Position numbers and translations under genes: made by a program
Shown here: positions 1-8,833 of the stretch, in pieces
Layout: the number at the start of each line of letters is the position of its first letter
Position numbering within the stretch: the first letter of the stretch is position 1
The notes under the pieces: generated by a model
Told to the model about the DNA's origin: nothing
What the model saw: the letters and a program-made list of their open reading frames with translations, nothing else
Databases searched by the model: none
Assembly (NCBI GenBank): GCA_031256095.1
Contig: JAIRRG010000052.1
Coordinates: 1 to 42,662 of the forward strand
Origin: Desulfobulbaceae bacterium
GTDB lineage: Bacteria; Desulfobacterota; Desulfobulbia; Desulfobulbales; Desulfocapsaceae
DNA: 42,662 bases
Direction of reading: 5' to 3'

Positions 1-222
1 GCAAGTCAATTTATGGAAAAAATTTTAATATTTCATAAATGTTCCATTTGAATGGCTATCGTTCATTTGGCATATGAAACATACCAGCCGACCTTGACAT
101 ATAGGCCATGATATGTCAGAAATATAACTTGCTTAATTTGATATGATTGTAAGCGGCGGCGGCTTGACCGGAGTTATCAAACCTATGGGGCGCCTGCCTG
201 CTTCCCTTCCTCATCCGGTAAT

Positions 223-264
223 AAAAAAGGGGCGGTCATCGCCGCTTACGCGGTGACGCCGCCC
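223..264 (-). terminator. Rho-independent terminator downstream of the lptE-like gene
   Basis: On the minus strand a GC-rich imperfect hairpin (GGGCGGCGTCACCGC-GTAA-GCGGCGATGACCGCCCC) is followed directly by TTTTTT. It lies about 30 nt past the stop of ORF 292..927. Confidence 0.55.
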
Positions 265-291
265 GAGAAATAACCAGCGCCGGAAAAGAAA

Positions 292-927
292 TTATTGGTC
301 GTGGGCCGCGGGCCGCTGTTTGTCCTGAACTTCAGGTTGTTTCCGGCCTTGCGCCTGAGCCTGCCGTTTCGCCTCGAGCTTCGGGATCTCGGCCAGGCAG
401 CGCTGGTATATTCTCTGCGCCAAATCCTCGATCGCCTGGCTGAGGGCGCTATCTTCGTTATCGCGGGTGACCGAGGGATTGGCCGAGGAAATCAGATAGT
501 TTTCACTGAAGACATAGTTCGGTTCTTCCAAAAGCACCACGTCCGATTGCAGGTCCTTGAGAATATAGCGCACCGTCAGGTGCATTCGCCCTTCGATGGC
601 GATGTTGCTTGAGATATAAGAACGGCTGGGAAAGTAAATCGACTTGATTTCCCCGGCCAGGATCAGATCAGCCCCCAGCTTCTCGGCGCTGACATGCAAC
701 GAGCCGGATTTTTGGAACCAGCGCACCAAACTTTGATACAGTCTCGTGTTTATTTCCAGCTGGTTGCTGCGGTTTTTCCACTCGCTCATGTAGATGGTTT
801 TGTCGGGCCCGTCGTAGACATAGGGATTGTGGTAACCACAGGCGGTGACCAGGAACAAGGCGGCGGCAAACAGGGCGCAGCGGATCGCGGTTTTCAAAGG
901 AGGTCCTCCTGGAGGCGGAAACGGCAC
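292..927 (-). CDS. lptE: LPS-assembly lipoprotein LptE (RlpB)-like
   Basis: The signal peptide has a lipobox (LFLVTAC|GYH), and the C-terminal RDNEDSALSQAIEDLAQRIYQR resembles the LptE tail. It lies immediately downstream of leuS, the conserved leuS-lptE arrangement. The start codon is GTG. Confidence 0.7.
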   Translation of the reverse strand: MPFPPPGGPPLKTAIRCALFAAALFLVTACGYHNPYVYDGPDKTIYMSEWKNRSNQLEINTRLYQSLVRWFQKSGSLHVSAEKLGADLILAGEIKSIYFPSRSYISSNIAIEGRMHLTVRYILKDLQSDVVLLEEPNYVFSENYLISSANPSVTRDNEDSALSQAIEDLAQRIYQRCLAEIPKLEAKRQAQAQGRKQPEVQDKQRPAAHDQ

Positions 928-973
928 AAATGATTGTAATTCTATTTCTAAATTAAAACAGAATAATTCTCTG

Positions 974-1060
974 TGTCATTGCGAGCGAAGCAAAGCAATC
1001 CATTCTGTATTAAAAATTGAAAAAATGGACTGCTTCGTCACTCTATTCCTCGCAATGACA
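974..1060. repeat. MITE/REP-like inverted-repeat element in the leuS-lptE spacer
   Basis: The left arm is TGTCATTGCGAGCGAAGCAAAGCAATCCAT (974..1003). The reverse complement of the right arm (1025..1060) is TGTCATTGCGAGGAATAGAGTGACGAAGCAGTCCAT. They share a perfect TGTCATTGCGAG terminus and a GAAGCA(A/G)TCCAT inner block around an AT-rich loop. Confidence 0.6.
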
Positions 1061-1118
1061 TGGGCCATATTATATAAGTTTTGATTTATAAATAGAATAA
1101 AATTGGCCGGCGATATCC

Positions 1119-3623
1119 TTAGCATACAATGTTGACAAGTTTCTTTTTGACGACAACGGTCTTTTTCGCCGTCTTGCCGGCCATGGCGCGGATGATGTTT
1201 TCGTCGGCCAAGGCCATGACCACCAGGCGGTCGTCGTCAATATCAGCCGCCACCGACAGGCGCGACCGCACCTTGCCCTGCACCTGGACAACGATGGTCA
1301 GCCGTTCCTCCTGGGCAATGGCCTCATCCCAAACAGGCCAGTCCTGAGCGGCGACATCGCCCTTTTCGCCCATCGCCTGCCACATTTCGGCGCAGAAATG
1401 CGGCGACATGGGCGACAGCAGCAAAAGGATCGTCCGCATCGCTTGGCGGCGCCAATACAGGGACAATGACGCCTCGTCGCTCAGGCTGTTGAACAATTCC
1501 ATGACGGCGCTGATGGCGGTATTAAAATGGAAATTGCTCTCAATGTTTTCCGTCACCCGTTTGATGGTTTGATGGATGCGACGCTCCATGGCCTTGCCGG
1601 CCTCGCTTACCGGCGGAAGCGCGGTGACAGGAGTGCTGCCCAATTCCAGCGTGTAGCGGTACAGGCGGTTCAAAAAACGCGACGCCCCTTCCACCCCCTT
1701 GGCATTCCACTCGAGGTCGCGTTCCGGCGGCGCCGCGAACAGGCTGAACAGGCGGACGGTGTCGGCACCGTATTGGCGGATCAGCTCGTCGGGATCGACG
1801 ACATTGCCCTTCGATTTCGACATCTTGGCGCCATCTTTAATCACCATGCCCTGAGTCAGGAGATTGGTGAAGGGTTCGTCAATGTTCAGATAGCCGAGAT
1901 CGCGCATCACCTTAACGAAGAAACGCGAGTAGAGCAGGTGCAAAATGGCGTGTTCGACGCCGCCAATATACTGATCGACCGGCAGCCAGTAGGCGGCCTT
2001 CTCTTTTTCAACCGGGCCGTCCTCGTAACGCGGGCTGGTGAAACGGGCAAAGTACCACGATGACTCGACAAAGGTATCCATGGTGTCGGTCTCGCGGCGA
2101 GCGGCCTGACCGCATTGTGGGCAGAGGGCGGCGATGAATTCTGGACGTTGATGCAGCGGCAGGCAGGTATCCTTCGTCTGGTAGGCATCGACTGGCAGCT
2201 CCACCGGCAGCTCGGCCAGCGGCACCGGCACGACGCCGCAGCGTTCACAGTGGATGATCGGAATCGGCGCCCCCCAATAACGCTGGCGCGACAAGCCCCA
2301 GTCACGCAAACGGTAGGTGATCTGGGCGTGACCAAAACCCTTGGCGTCAGCATGGGCGATGATCGCCTGTTTGGCCGCCTCCGACTCCATGCCGGAAAAC
2401 GGCCCGGAATCGGCGAGGACACCAGGGCCGGTACTGGCCTCGCCCATATTTTCATCCAGGATCATACCTTCCGGCATCACCACCGGCTTAATCGGCAAGC
2501 CGTAGGTTTTGGCAAAGGCGAAGTCGCGATCGTCATGGGCCGGAACCGCCATGACGGCGCCGGTGCCGTATTCCATCAAAACGAAATTGGCGACATAAAT
2601 CGGCACCTTGTCTCCGGTAAAAGGATTCTCGCAGAAACGCCCGGTGAAAATTCCCTTCTTTTCCGGCTCCTCGCCGTAATTCAGTTGCTGTTTTTCGGTG
2701 GTCACCTCGTCGATGAAGGCGCGAACATCTTTCTCTTGCGGTGTCCCGGCGACGAGGGTATCCAACAAAGGATGCTCCGGGGCCAGCGACATGAAGGTGA
2801 CGCCAAAGACTGTGTCGGGCCGGGTGGTGAAAATGCTAATCTTGGCGTCACTGCCGGTCACCGGAAAATCGCAAGCCATACCGGTGGATTTGCCGATCCA
2901 ATTACGCTGCATGGTCACGACTTTTTCCGGCCAACCGGAAAGCTTATCCAGATCCTGTAGCAGTTCCTCGGCGTAACTGGTGATGCGGAAAAACCAGCCG
3001 CTCATGCGCCGTGGTTTGATGGCGCTGTCGCAACGCCAGCAGCAGCCGTCAATGACCTGCTCGTTGGCGAGAACCGTCTGGCAATGCTGGCACCAGTTGA
3101 CGGTGGTCACCTTCTGATAGATCAGGCCCTTTTCGTACATCTCCAGAAACATTTTCTGCTCGTGGCGAAAATATTTCGGGTTACAGGTGGCGATTTCCCG
3201 CCGCCAGTCGTAGGACAAGCCCAGTTGCCGCAACTGCTGACGCATGTAATCGATATTGCCGTAGGTCCAGGCGGCGGGGTGCATGTGGTTTTTTTGGGCC
3301 GCGCCTTCGGCGGGCAGACCGAAGGCGTCCCAGCCCATCGGATGCAAGACATTGTAGCCGCGCATCCGTTTGGACCGCGCCACCACATCGCCGATGGTAT
3401 AATTGCGGACATGGCCCATGTGGATACGCCCGGACGGATAGGGAAACATCTCCAGCACATAGTATTTGGGTTTGGCGGCATCTTCATCGGTCCGGTTGTC
3501 ACTCAGCCAGCGCGCCTGCCATTTCCCCTCGATAGCGCGGAAGTCATATTTATGGACGGCGGTAGCGCTGACAATACCGTTTATGGTGCCGCTGGCAGTG
3601 CCGCTGGCGGTGCCGTTAGTCAT
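1119..3623 (-). CDS. leuS: Leucyl-tRNA synthetase
   Basis: It has the class I aaRS motifs HMGH (GRIHMGHVRNY) and KMSKS (GAKMSKSKGN), with LeuS-like sequence throughout. The ORF-track start at 3746 overlaps dnaB. The ATG at 3621..3623 (MTNGTAS...) lies 28 nt after the dnaB stop. Confidence 0.95.
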   Translation of the reverse strand: MTNGTASGTASGTINGIVSATAVHKYDFRAIEGKWQARWLSDNRTDEDAAKPKYYVLEMFPYPSGRIHMGHVRNYTIGDVVARSKRMRGYNVLHPMGWDAFGLPAEGAAQKNHMHPAAWTYGNIDYMRQQLRQLGLSYDWRREIATCNPKYFRHEQKMFLEMYEKGLIYQKVTTVNWCQHCQTVLANEQVIDGCCWRCDSAIKPRRMSGWFFRITSYAEELLQDLDKLSGWPEKVVTMQRNWIGKSTGMACDFPVTGSDAKISIFTTRPDTVFGVTFMSLAPEHPLLDTLVAGTPQEKDVRAFIDEVTTEKQQLNYGEEPEKKGIFTGRFCENPFTGDKVPIYVANFVLMEYGTGAVMAVPAHDDRDFAFAKTYGLPIKPVVMPEGMILDENMGEASTGPGVLADSGPFSGMESEAAKQAIIAHADAKGFGHAQITYRLRDWGLSRQRYWGAPIPIIHCERCGVVPVPLAELPVELPVDAYQTKDTCLPLHQRPEFIAALCPQCGQAARRETDTMDTFVESSWYFARFTSPRYEDGPVEKEKAAYWLPVDQYIGGVEHAILHLLYSRFFVKVMRDLGYLNIDEPFTNLLTQGMVIKDGAKMSKSKGNVVDPDELIRQYGADTVRLFSLFAAPPERDLEWNAKGVEGASRFLNRLYRYTLELGSTPVTALPPVSEAGKAMERRIHQTIKRVTENIESNFHFNTAISAVMELFNSLSDEASLSLYWRRQAMRTILLLLSPMSPHFCAEMWQAMGEKGDVAAQDWPVWDEAIAQEERLTIVVQVQGKVRSRLSVAADIDDDRLVVMALADENIIRAMAGKTAKKTVVVKKKLVNIVC

Positions 3624-3651
3624 GGCATTCTCTCTGCGAGTGTATGGTTGG

Positions 3652-5097
3652 TTATCCGGTGAAATTTTCGCCGCTGATCTCTTGGCCGGAATAGGCCGGC
3701 GACTGATTGAAACGGGCCGTATCGTCAATGAGAGACGGATTTTCAAAACGCGTCACCTCGCGATGGAAGACGAGCCGGACGGCGCCGGTGGGGCCGTTGC
3801 GCTGCTTGCCGATGATGATTTCAGCGTAGCCGCGCTCCGGGTTAGTTTCACTTTTGTTGTAGACCTCGTCGCGGTAGATGAAGGCGATGACATCGGCGTC
3901 CTGCTCAATAGCCCCGGATTCGCGCAAATCGGCCAGCATTGGGCGTTTGTCGGTGCGGCTCTCAACGCCGCGGTTGAGCTGCGACAGGGCGATCACCGGC
4001 AGGTTGTGTTCTTTGGCCACGGCCTTCAGCGACCGGGAAATATCGCTGATTTCCTGGGTGCGGTTTTCCGCTGACCGGCCACTCATCAGTTGCAGATAAT
4101 CGACGACCACCAGGCCGATCTTTTCTTTGGCGGCCAGGCGGCGCAGTTTGCTGCGCATCTCCAGCACCGAAATGGCTGGGGTATCGTCGATGAAAATCGG
4201 GCTTTCCTCAAGAAGAGCCAAGGCGCGGGCCAGATTCGGCCAGTCGTCGCCCTGCATGTTGCCGGTGCGGATATGCTGGGAATCGACGCCGCCGACACTG
4301 GAAAGCAGGCGCATCGTCAGTTGCTCCTTAGACATCTCCAGGCTAAAAACGGCAACACCGGTCTTTTCCTTCAAAGCGGCATGCTGGGCGATGTTGAGGG
4401 CCAAGGCGGTTTTGCCCATCGACGGGCGGGCGGCGACGATGATCAGGTCGGAGGGTTGCAGCCCGGCGGTGATCTTGTCCAGTTCCTTGAAGCCGGTGGG
4501 CACGCCGGTGATCAGTTCCTTGCGCTGAAAAAGCCGCTCAACCTGGCGGAAGGCCTGCGGCGCGATATCTTTGACCGAGATGAACTGCTGCTCGCCGCGG
4601 CGCCCGGCAAGATCGAAAATCGCCTGCTCGGCGTCATCGACCAGCTGGTCAATGTCGTACTGCTCGTCGTAGCAGCGGGCGGCGGTGTCGGTGCTGACTT
4701 CGATCAGGCGGCGCAGGATCGCCTTCTGCCGGACAATGCGGGCGTAGGAGACGATGTTTGAGGCGACCGGGATGCGCGAAGTCAAAAGCGCCAGGTAGTC
4801 GTCACCGCCGGTTTTCGCCTCGAGATTGGCAGCCCGGAGATAATCGCCGACCGTCAGCGGGTCGATGCGCTCGTTTTTGTCAAACAGTGCCAGCATGGCC
4901 TCAAAGAGAGCCTGGTGGGCATCGCGGTAGAAATCCTCTGAGCGCAGGATTTCGATCACTTCCGGCAGAGATTTTTCCCGCAACAGGATGGAGCCAAGCA
5001 CGGCCTGCTCGGCCTCAAGATTTTGAGGAGGAATCCGTTTCAGACGGGTCTGATTCAGACGGGTCTGACCGGGCGGCGCTGCCGTGAAATCATCCAT
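3652..5097 (-). CDS. dnaB: Replicative DNA helicase DnaB
   Basis: The N-terminus reads PQNLEAEQAVLGSILL, with Walker A GARPSMGKTA, the LSQLNR motif and IIGKQRNGPTG. The start is ATG. Confidence 0.95.
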   Translation of the reverse strand: MDDFTAAPPGQTRLNQTRLKRIPPQNLEAEQAVLGSILLREKSLPEVIEILRSEDFYRDAHQALFEAMLALFDKNERIDPLTVGDYLRAANLEAKTGGDDYLALLTSRIPVASNIVSYARIVRQKAILRRLIEVSTDTAARCYDEQYDIDQLVDDAEQAIFDLAGRRGEQQFISVKDIAPQAFRQVERLFQRKELITGVPTGFKELDKITAGLQPSDLIIVAARPSMGKTALALNIAQHAALKEKTGVAVFSLEMSKEQLTMRLLSSVGGVDSQHIRTGNMQGDDWPNLARALALLEESPIFIDDTPAISVLEMRSKLRRLAAKEKIGLVVVDYLQLMSGRSAENRTQEISDISRSLKAVAKEHNLPVIALSQLNRGVESRTDKRPMLADLRESGAIEQDADVIAFIYRDEVYNKSETNPERGYAEIIIGKQRNGPTGAVRLVFHREVTRFENPSLIDDTARFNQSPAYSGQEISGENFTG

Positions 5098-5112
5098 GGG
5101 AAAATCCGGGGG

Positions 5113-5157
5113 AAAAACAAAAAACGGCCACCGGGCGGCAGGCCCGGCAGCCGGTGG
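5113..5157 (-). terminator. Rho-independent terminator after rplI
   Basis: On the minus strand, stem CCACCGG...CCGGTGG (plus-strand 5128..5134 / 5151..5157) is followed by TTTTTTGTTTTT (plus-strand A-run 5113..5124). It sits between the rplI stop (5167) and the dnaB start (5097). Confidence 0.55.
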
Positions 5158-5166
5158 AAAAAGCTT

Positions 5167-5619
5167 TTAGTTTTCTGTGGCGGCAACCACGGAGACAAGC
5201 AGATCGGCGGTGGTCTGTAAGCCGACCTTCACCTGCACCGTATACTCGCCAATGGCCTTGATCGGCTCGGCCAGGACAATTTGCTTCCGGTCGATGGCGA
5301 CACCCTGCTCGGCCAACAGCGCGGCAATTTCGCTATTCGTGACCGAACCGAACAAACGGCCATCCTCGCCAGCCGCCCGGCTGGCGGTTACCGTCACTCC
5401 GGCCAAACGGGCCGCGAGCTGATCGGCAATTTCCTTTTCTTTGGCCAGACGGGCGGCGATTGCCGCGCGGTTTTGTTCCAGTTCGGCCAGGTTTTTCTCG
5501 TTGGCTAAAACCCCTTTCTTCTTTGGCAACAAATAGTTACGACCATAACCCGCCTTGACGGCGACAACATCGCCTTCCCGGCCCAAGGTGCTGATCGTTT
5601 CTGTGAGAATCAGTTTCAT
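5167..5619 (-). CDS. rplI: 50S ribosomal protein L9
   Basis: MKLILTE..LGREGDVVAVKAGYGRNYLLPKKKG is the L9 N-terminal signature. The protein is 150 aa. Confidence 0.93.
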   Translation of the reverse strand: MKLILTETISTLGREGDVVAVKAGYGRNYLLPKKKGVLANEKNLAELEQNRAAIAARLAKEKEIADQLAARLAGVTVTASRAAGEDGRLFGSVTNSEIAALLAEQGVAIDRKQIVLAEPIKAIGEYTVQVKVGLQTTADLLVSVVAATEN

Positions 5620-5631
5620 GCTTACTCCTTA

Positions 5632-6585
5632 TTATGGTTTGGTTTGTGGTTTGCGGCGGCCCAGACGGCGAAAATCGGCCCAGACTTCGATCAGACCCAA
5701 AATCGCCAAGGCCATCAGGCCAAACGACTGCGACACCACAAGAAAGATGAGGATAAATTGCGCCGCCATCGGCATACGGCGGCTGTCGAAAAAAAACTTG
5801 ACCGCGGCCAGACCCTGCATGGCGTAGGCCAGGGACGCCAAGATCAGGGCGTTGATGGCAACGAGAGCAGGCAAACCATCCAGTAGACGGCAAACCGCCA
5901 CCAGGGCGATGACAAGCCACACGAGAAAATCCGGCAGGCGCCACAGCCGGAAATCAATCCAGCGGCGCTCTAGGCCACACAGGTTTTCGATGGCGTTGCA
6001 CAGCAAGATGGTGGCAAAAGGCACAAGCAGCGCCGGAATCAGCATTATCGCCGGCAAGACCAGCGGCACAAGCCGCGCCGCCTGGTTCAGAGTTTCCGTA
6101 ACCATGGCCTGGGTTTCCGCGGAAACTCCACCACCGGCGGCATACTGGGCGGCCTCGCGCAGCGCGCTCTGCAGAAAAACCACCAGTGCCTGATAGATAT
6201 TTTGCCCGGTCAAGAGCGACTCGGCCAACAACAGCGCCGCCGACAGCGCGGCCAGCGTCAGCGCCGCCTTGGCGAGCGACAATAGCGGGCCATCGCCACG
6301 GCTGGCGCTTGCCGCCAGGACAAGGCCCGCCGCCAAAAACGCCACCGACAGCACAAGGGTTGACAGCGACGACAGCCAAAGGGTCAGCGGCACGGCCAGG
6401 CAGGCGGCGCAAAGGAGCATCCTTTTGCCCGTGAACAGCCCATGGCGGCTGTGCAGATACAGCGCCGCCGGCGTCAGCAGCAGGCCTGTCAATGGCAGGG
6501 CAAACAGCAACGACAGGACAACAATGTCACGGAAAATCAGGGGCAGCTTGCCATTATCCATGCGTCCCACGGCCAGGCTGTTCAT
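5632..6585 (-). CDS. Polytopic membrane protein, DUF2232/YybS-like
   Basis: It is highly hydrophobic with many predicted TM helices. It sits between rpsR and rplI, the position YybS-type DUF2232 genes occupy in many bacteria. I prefer the ATG at 6583..6585 over the GTG at 6588. Confidence 0.6.
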   Translation of the reverse strand: MNSLAVGRMDNGKLPLIFRDIVVLSLLFALPLTGLLLTPAALYLHSRHGLFTGKRMLLCAACLAVPLTLWLSSLSTLVLSVAFLAAGLVLAASASRGDGPLLSLAKAALTLAALSAALLLAESLLTGQNIYQALVVFLQSALREAAQYAAGGGVSAETQAMVTETLNQAARLVPLVLPAIMLIPALLVPFATILLCNAIENLCGLERRWIDFRLWRLPDFLVWLVIALVAVCRLLDGLPALVAINALILASLAYAMQGLAAVKFFFDSRRMPMAAQFILIFLVVSQSFGLMALAILGLIEVWADFRRLGRRKPQTKP

Positions 6586-6591
6586 CACCTG

Positions 6592-6840
6592 TCATTCCTG
6601 CGGATTCCCGGCGTAAGGCAAGAGGGCGATATGCCGGGCCCGTTTCACCGCCTCGCTCAACCGCCGCTGATGGGTGGCACAGGTGCCGATGATCCGCCGC
6701 GGAATGATCTTGCCGCGTTCGGAAACGAAACCGGTGAGCGTCTTGGCATCTTTATAATTAATGGTCAGCTCTTTGTCGGTGCAGAAACGGCAGACCTTTT
6801 TCCGGGCAAACAGTTTTTTCGGTTGTTTCCCTTGTTGCAT
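6592..6840 (-). CDS. rpsR: 30S ribosomal protein S18
   Basis: It matches the S18 pattern: [62 protein letters not shown]. Confidence 0.95.
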   Translation of the reverse strand: MQQGKQPKKLFARKKVCRFCTDKELTINYKDAKTLTGFVSERGKIIPRRIIGTCATHQRRLSEAVKRARHIALLPYAGNPQE

Positions 6841-6869
6841 ATTTGGCTCCTTGTCGCGTGAAGGTGAAT

Positions 6870-7313
6870 TTATTCGGAAACAGTCTCTGTTGCCAGATCG
6901 CTGTCGTCATCAGCCGGGGCGTCGGCCTCCGGCACCGCCGCGCTTTCGGCGCTTTCATCGCGCAGGAAAGCGGCATGGCGTTTGCCGTTGTCGGCAATGG
7001 CGGCTTGCAGTTCTTCGGCGCTGATGTCGTCGGCTATCTTGACAGTCAGATACTTCAGAACATTGTCGTCAATGCGGAACTTGCGGCCAATCTCGCTGAT
7101 GGCGGCGGGGCTGGCGGTATATTCATAAAAATAATACAGGCCCTGCTTTTCCTTTTTGATCGGATATGCCAATTTTTTCATGCCCCAGCGGGCGCAACAG
7201 ATAACCGTTCCCTGGTCATCCTCGATGATTTTCCGCGTATTTTCGACAATGGCGTTGACCTCGTCTTCGCCAAGGCCGGGGCGGAAAATGCTGATCATCT
7301 CATACCTGCGCAT
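6870..7313 (-). CDS. rpsF: 30S ribosomal protein S6
   Basis: [18 protein letters not shown]... is an S6 N-terminus, followed by an acidic C-terminal tail. The ATG at 7311..7313 is preceded by TAAGGAGGA. The longer track ORF (to 7433) has no RBS support. Confidence 0.9.
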   Translation of the reverse strand: MRRYEMISIFRPGLGEDEVNAIVENTRKIIEDDQGTVICCARWGMKKLAYPIKKEKQGLYYFYEYTASPAAISEIGRKFRIDDNVLKYLTVKIADDISAEELQAAIADNGKRHAAFLRDESAESAAVPEADAPADDDSDLATETVSE

Positions 7314-7469
7314 GTGAATCCTCCTTATGGACTGTTGATGCGTTCGTCCCTTTCCTCGGGGGAAAAGGGAAAAGAGGGGAAAAGGCCGGAAAACGGCCAG
7401 ACTTGGCGCCACATAAACGATATTGCGGCGCATAAAAGCTTTTAAGTATACCGGGTAACCGGAAATGAG

Positions 7470-7889
7470 TCAATCACCCTGACCATCCTGATCCGATTTG
7501 CCGGCGGCGGCTTTTTCCTCAGCTTTGATGCGCCGCCACTGTTCATCCAGTTCTTCGATGCTCAGATGCCGCCGCTGACCAAAAACATGAGGATGACGGC
7601 GGCGGAGTTTGGCGCTGATGCCGGCAAAAACATCGTTGACGGAAAAAAGATTTTCTTCCTCGGCAATCTGAGCGATCAGCACCAGGACAAACATGAGGTC
7701 GCCCAGCTCTTCGCAAAGATTGGCGCTATCGCCACCGGCAATGGCGGCAAGCAGTTCCTCATGCTCGCTTTTCAGGTAATGAACCATGCTGGCGATGGTC
7801 TGCCGCCTATCCCACAGGCAACCCCCTTCACCGCGCAATTGCCGTGTAATTGCCAGCAGTTCATAGCAGGCTTGACTTGTCTCCGACAT
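7470..7889 (-). CDS. MazG-type nucleoside triphosphate pyrophosphohydrolase (single domain)
   Basis: It carries the motifs CLWDRRQT, EEL..AI, ELGDLMFVLVLIAQIA and RRHPHVFG. Confidence 0.8.
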   Translation of the reverse strand: MSETSQACYELLAITRQLRGEGGCLWDRRQTIASMVHYLKSEHEELLAAIAGGDSANLCEELGDLMFVLVLIAQIAEEENLFSVNDVFAGISAKLRRRHPHVFGQRRHLSIEELDEQWRRIKAEEKAAAGKSDQDGQGD

Positions 7890-8100
7890 TGTGGTACTCA
7901 GGGGCGCAATAATTGGTTAGTCTGACTTGTATTTCCTTCGCAAACACGCTATCTTTGTATAAGAAAAGGCCATTGTGGAGGAAGCTAGGCTGGCGGCTAC
8001 GGCAAGCCAGCTCATTCCGCGGGTAAAATGAATCCCCTTCGCGCCCTCATGGCAACGAAATGAAGGGAGTAATTCATTTTTTAAATCTTATTGGAGAAAA

Positions 8101-8586
8101 GTGGTGAAAAAAATGAGCGAAAAAAATGTGAAAGCAGCGGAAACCGTCATTCAGCCGGTAACTCCGGCAGAAAAGCATAAGGACATCGCTCGGATCGACC
8201 AGTTGAGCAAACGCACCCACGGCTGGTACGTGCGTGTGCGTTTCTTGGGGAAAACCCACTCCAAGTTCTTTTCCGACCGCAAATGCGGCAGCCGGGAAAA
8301 CAGCCTGAAAACCGCCGTTGAATGGCGCAACAAAACAGAGAGAAAACTGGGCAAGGTGCGCACCAACCGCCACATGGTCACCGTCTCCAACTCCGGCACC
8401 GGCGTGGTCGGCGTCCGCCTCAACGACAAACTGAACCGTTATGAGGTCAGTTGGGTGACGCTCCAGGGCAAACAGGGCAAGACCTCGGTCTCAATCACCA
8501 AACACGGCAAAAAAGAGGCATTCAAACGCGCCTGCGCCATCCGCCAGGAGCGCGAAAAACTGCGCTTGGAAAGCGGCAAGCCGTAA
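8101..8586 (+). CDS. AP2-domain DNA-binding protein with two tandem AP2-like modules
   Basis: Module 1 is THGWYVRVRFLGKTHSKFFSDRKCGSRENSLKTAVEWRNK. Module 2 is GVVGVRLNDKLNRYEVSWVTLQGKQGKTSVSITKHGKKEAFKRACAIRQE. Both show the beta-sheet-then-helix pattern of bacterial AP2 (PF00847) domains. The start may instead be the ATG at 8113. Confidence 0.55.
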   Translation: MVKKMSEKNVKAAETVIQPVTPAEKHKDIARIDQLSKRTHGWYVRVRFLGKTHSKFFSDRKCGSRENSLKTAVEWRNKTERKLGKVRTNRHMVTVSNSGTGVVGVRLNDKLNRYEVSWVTLQGKQGKTSVSITKHGKKEAFKRACAIRQEREKLRLESGKP

Positions 8587-8736
8587 TTGGCCCTTGCCCG
8601 ACAAGCCAATCCATTTCAGAGCGGGACGACGTTTCAGCCCATCCCGCTCTTGCCGTTCGTCCCATCGCCAGCGGGATATTTTGTTCTGTTGTGCGCCAAG
8701 CGAAACGAAAAGATTTTTCTTCACGGCGATTAGTCG

Positions 8737-8765
8737 TTGACGAATACGCCCCAGCCAAGTATGCT
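8737..8765 (+). promoter_or_regulatory. Candidate sigma70 promoter for rplU-rpmA-obg
   Basis: TTGACG (8737..8742), a 17-nt spacer, then TATGCT (8760..8765), about 70 nt upstream of the rplU ATG. Confidence 0.45.
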
Positions 8766-8833
8766 TTTTGACTCGCATTGAATTGGTGCGCGTAATACGG
8801 CTTCGAGCCGGTCAAAAATCCGAGGATTTAAGC

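Noticed and set aside
6841-6869. ssb is missing between rpsF and rpsR.
   Set aside because: Many lineages have rpsF-rpsR without ssb. The 29-nt spacer shows no sign of deletion or a pseudogene, so this is ordinary variation.
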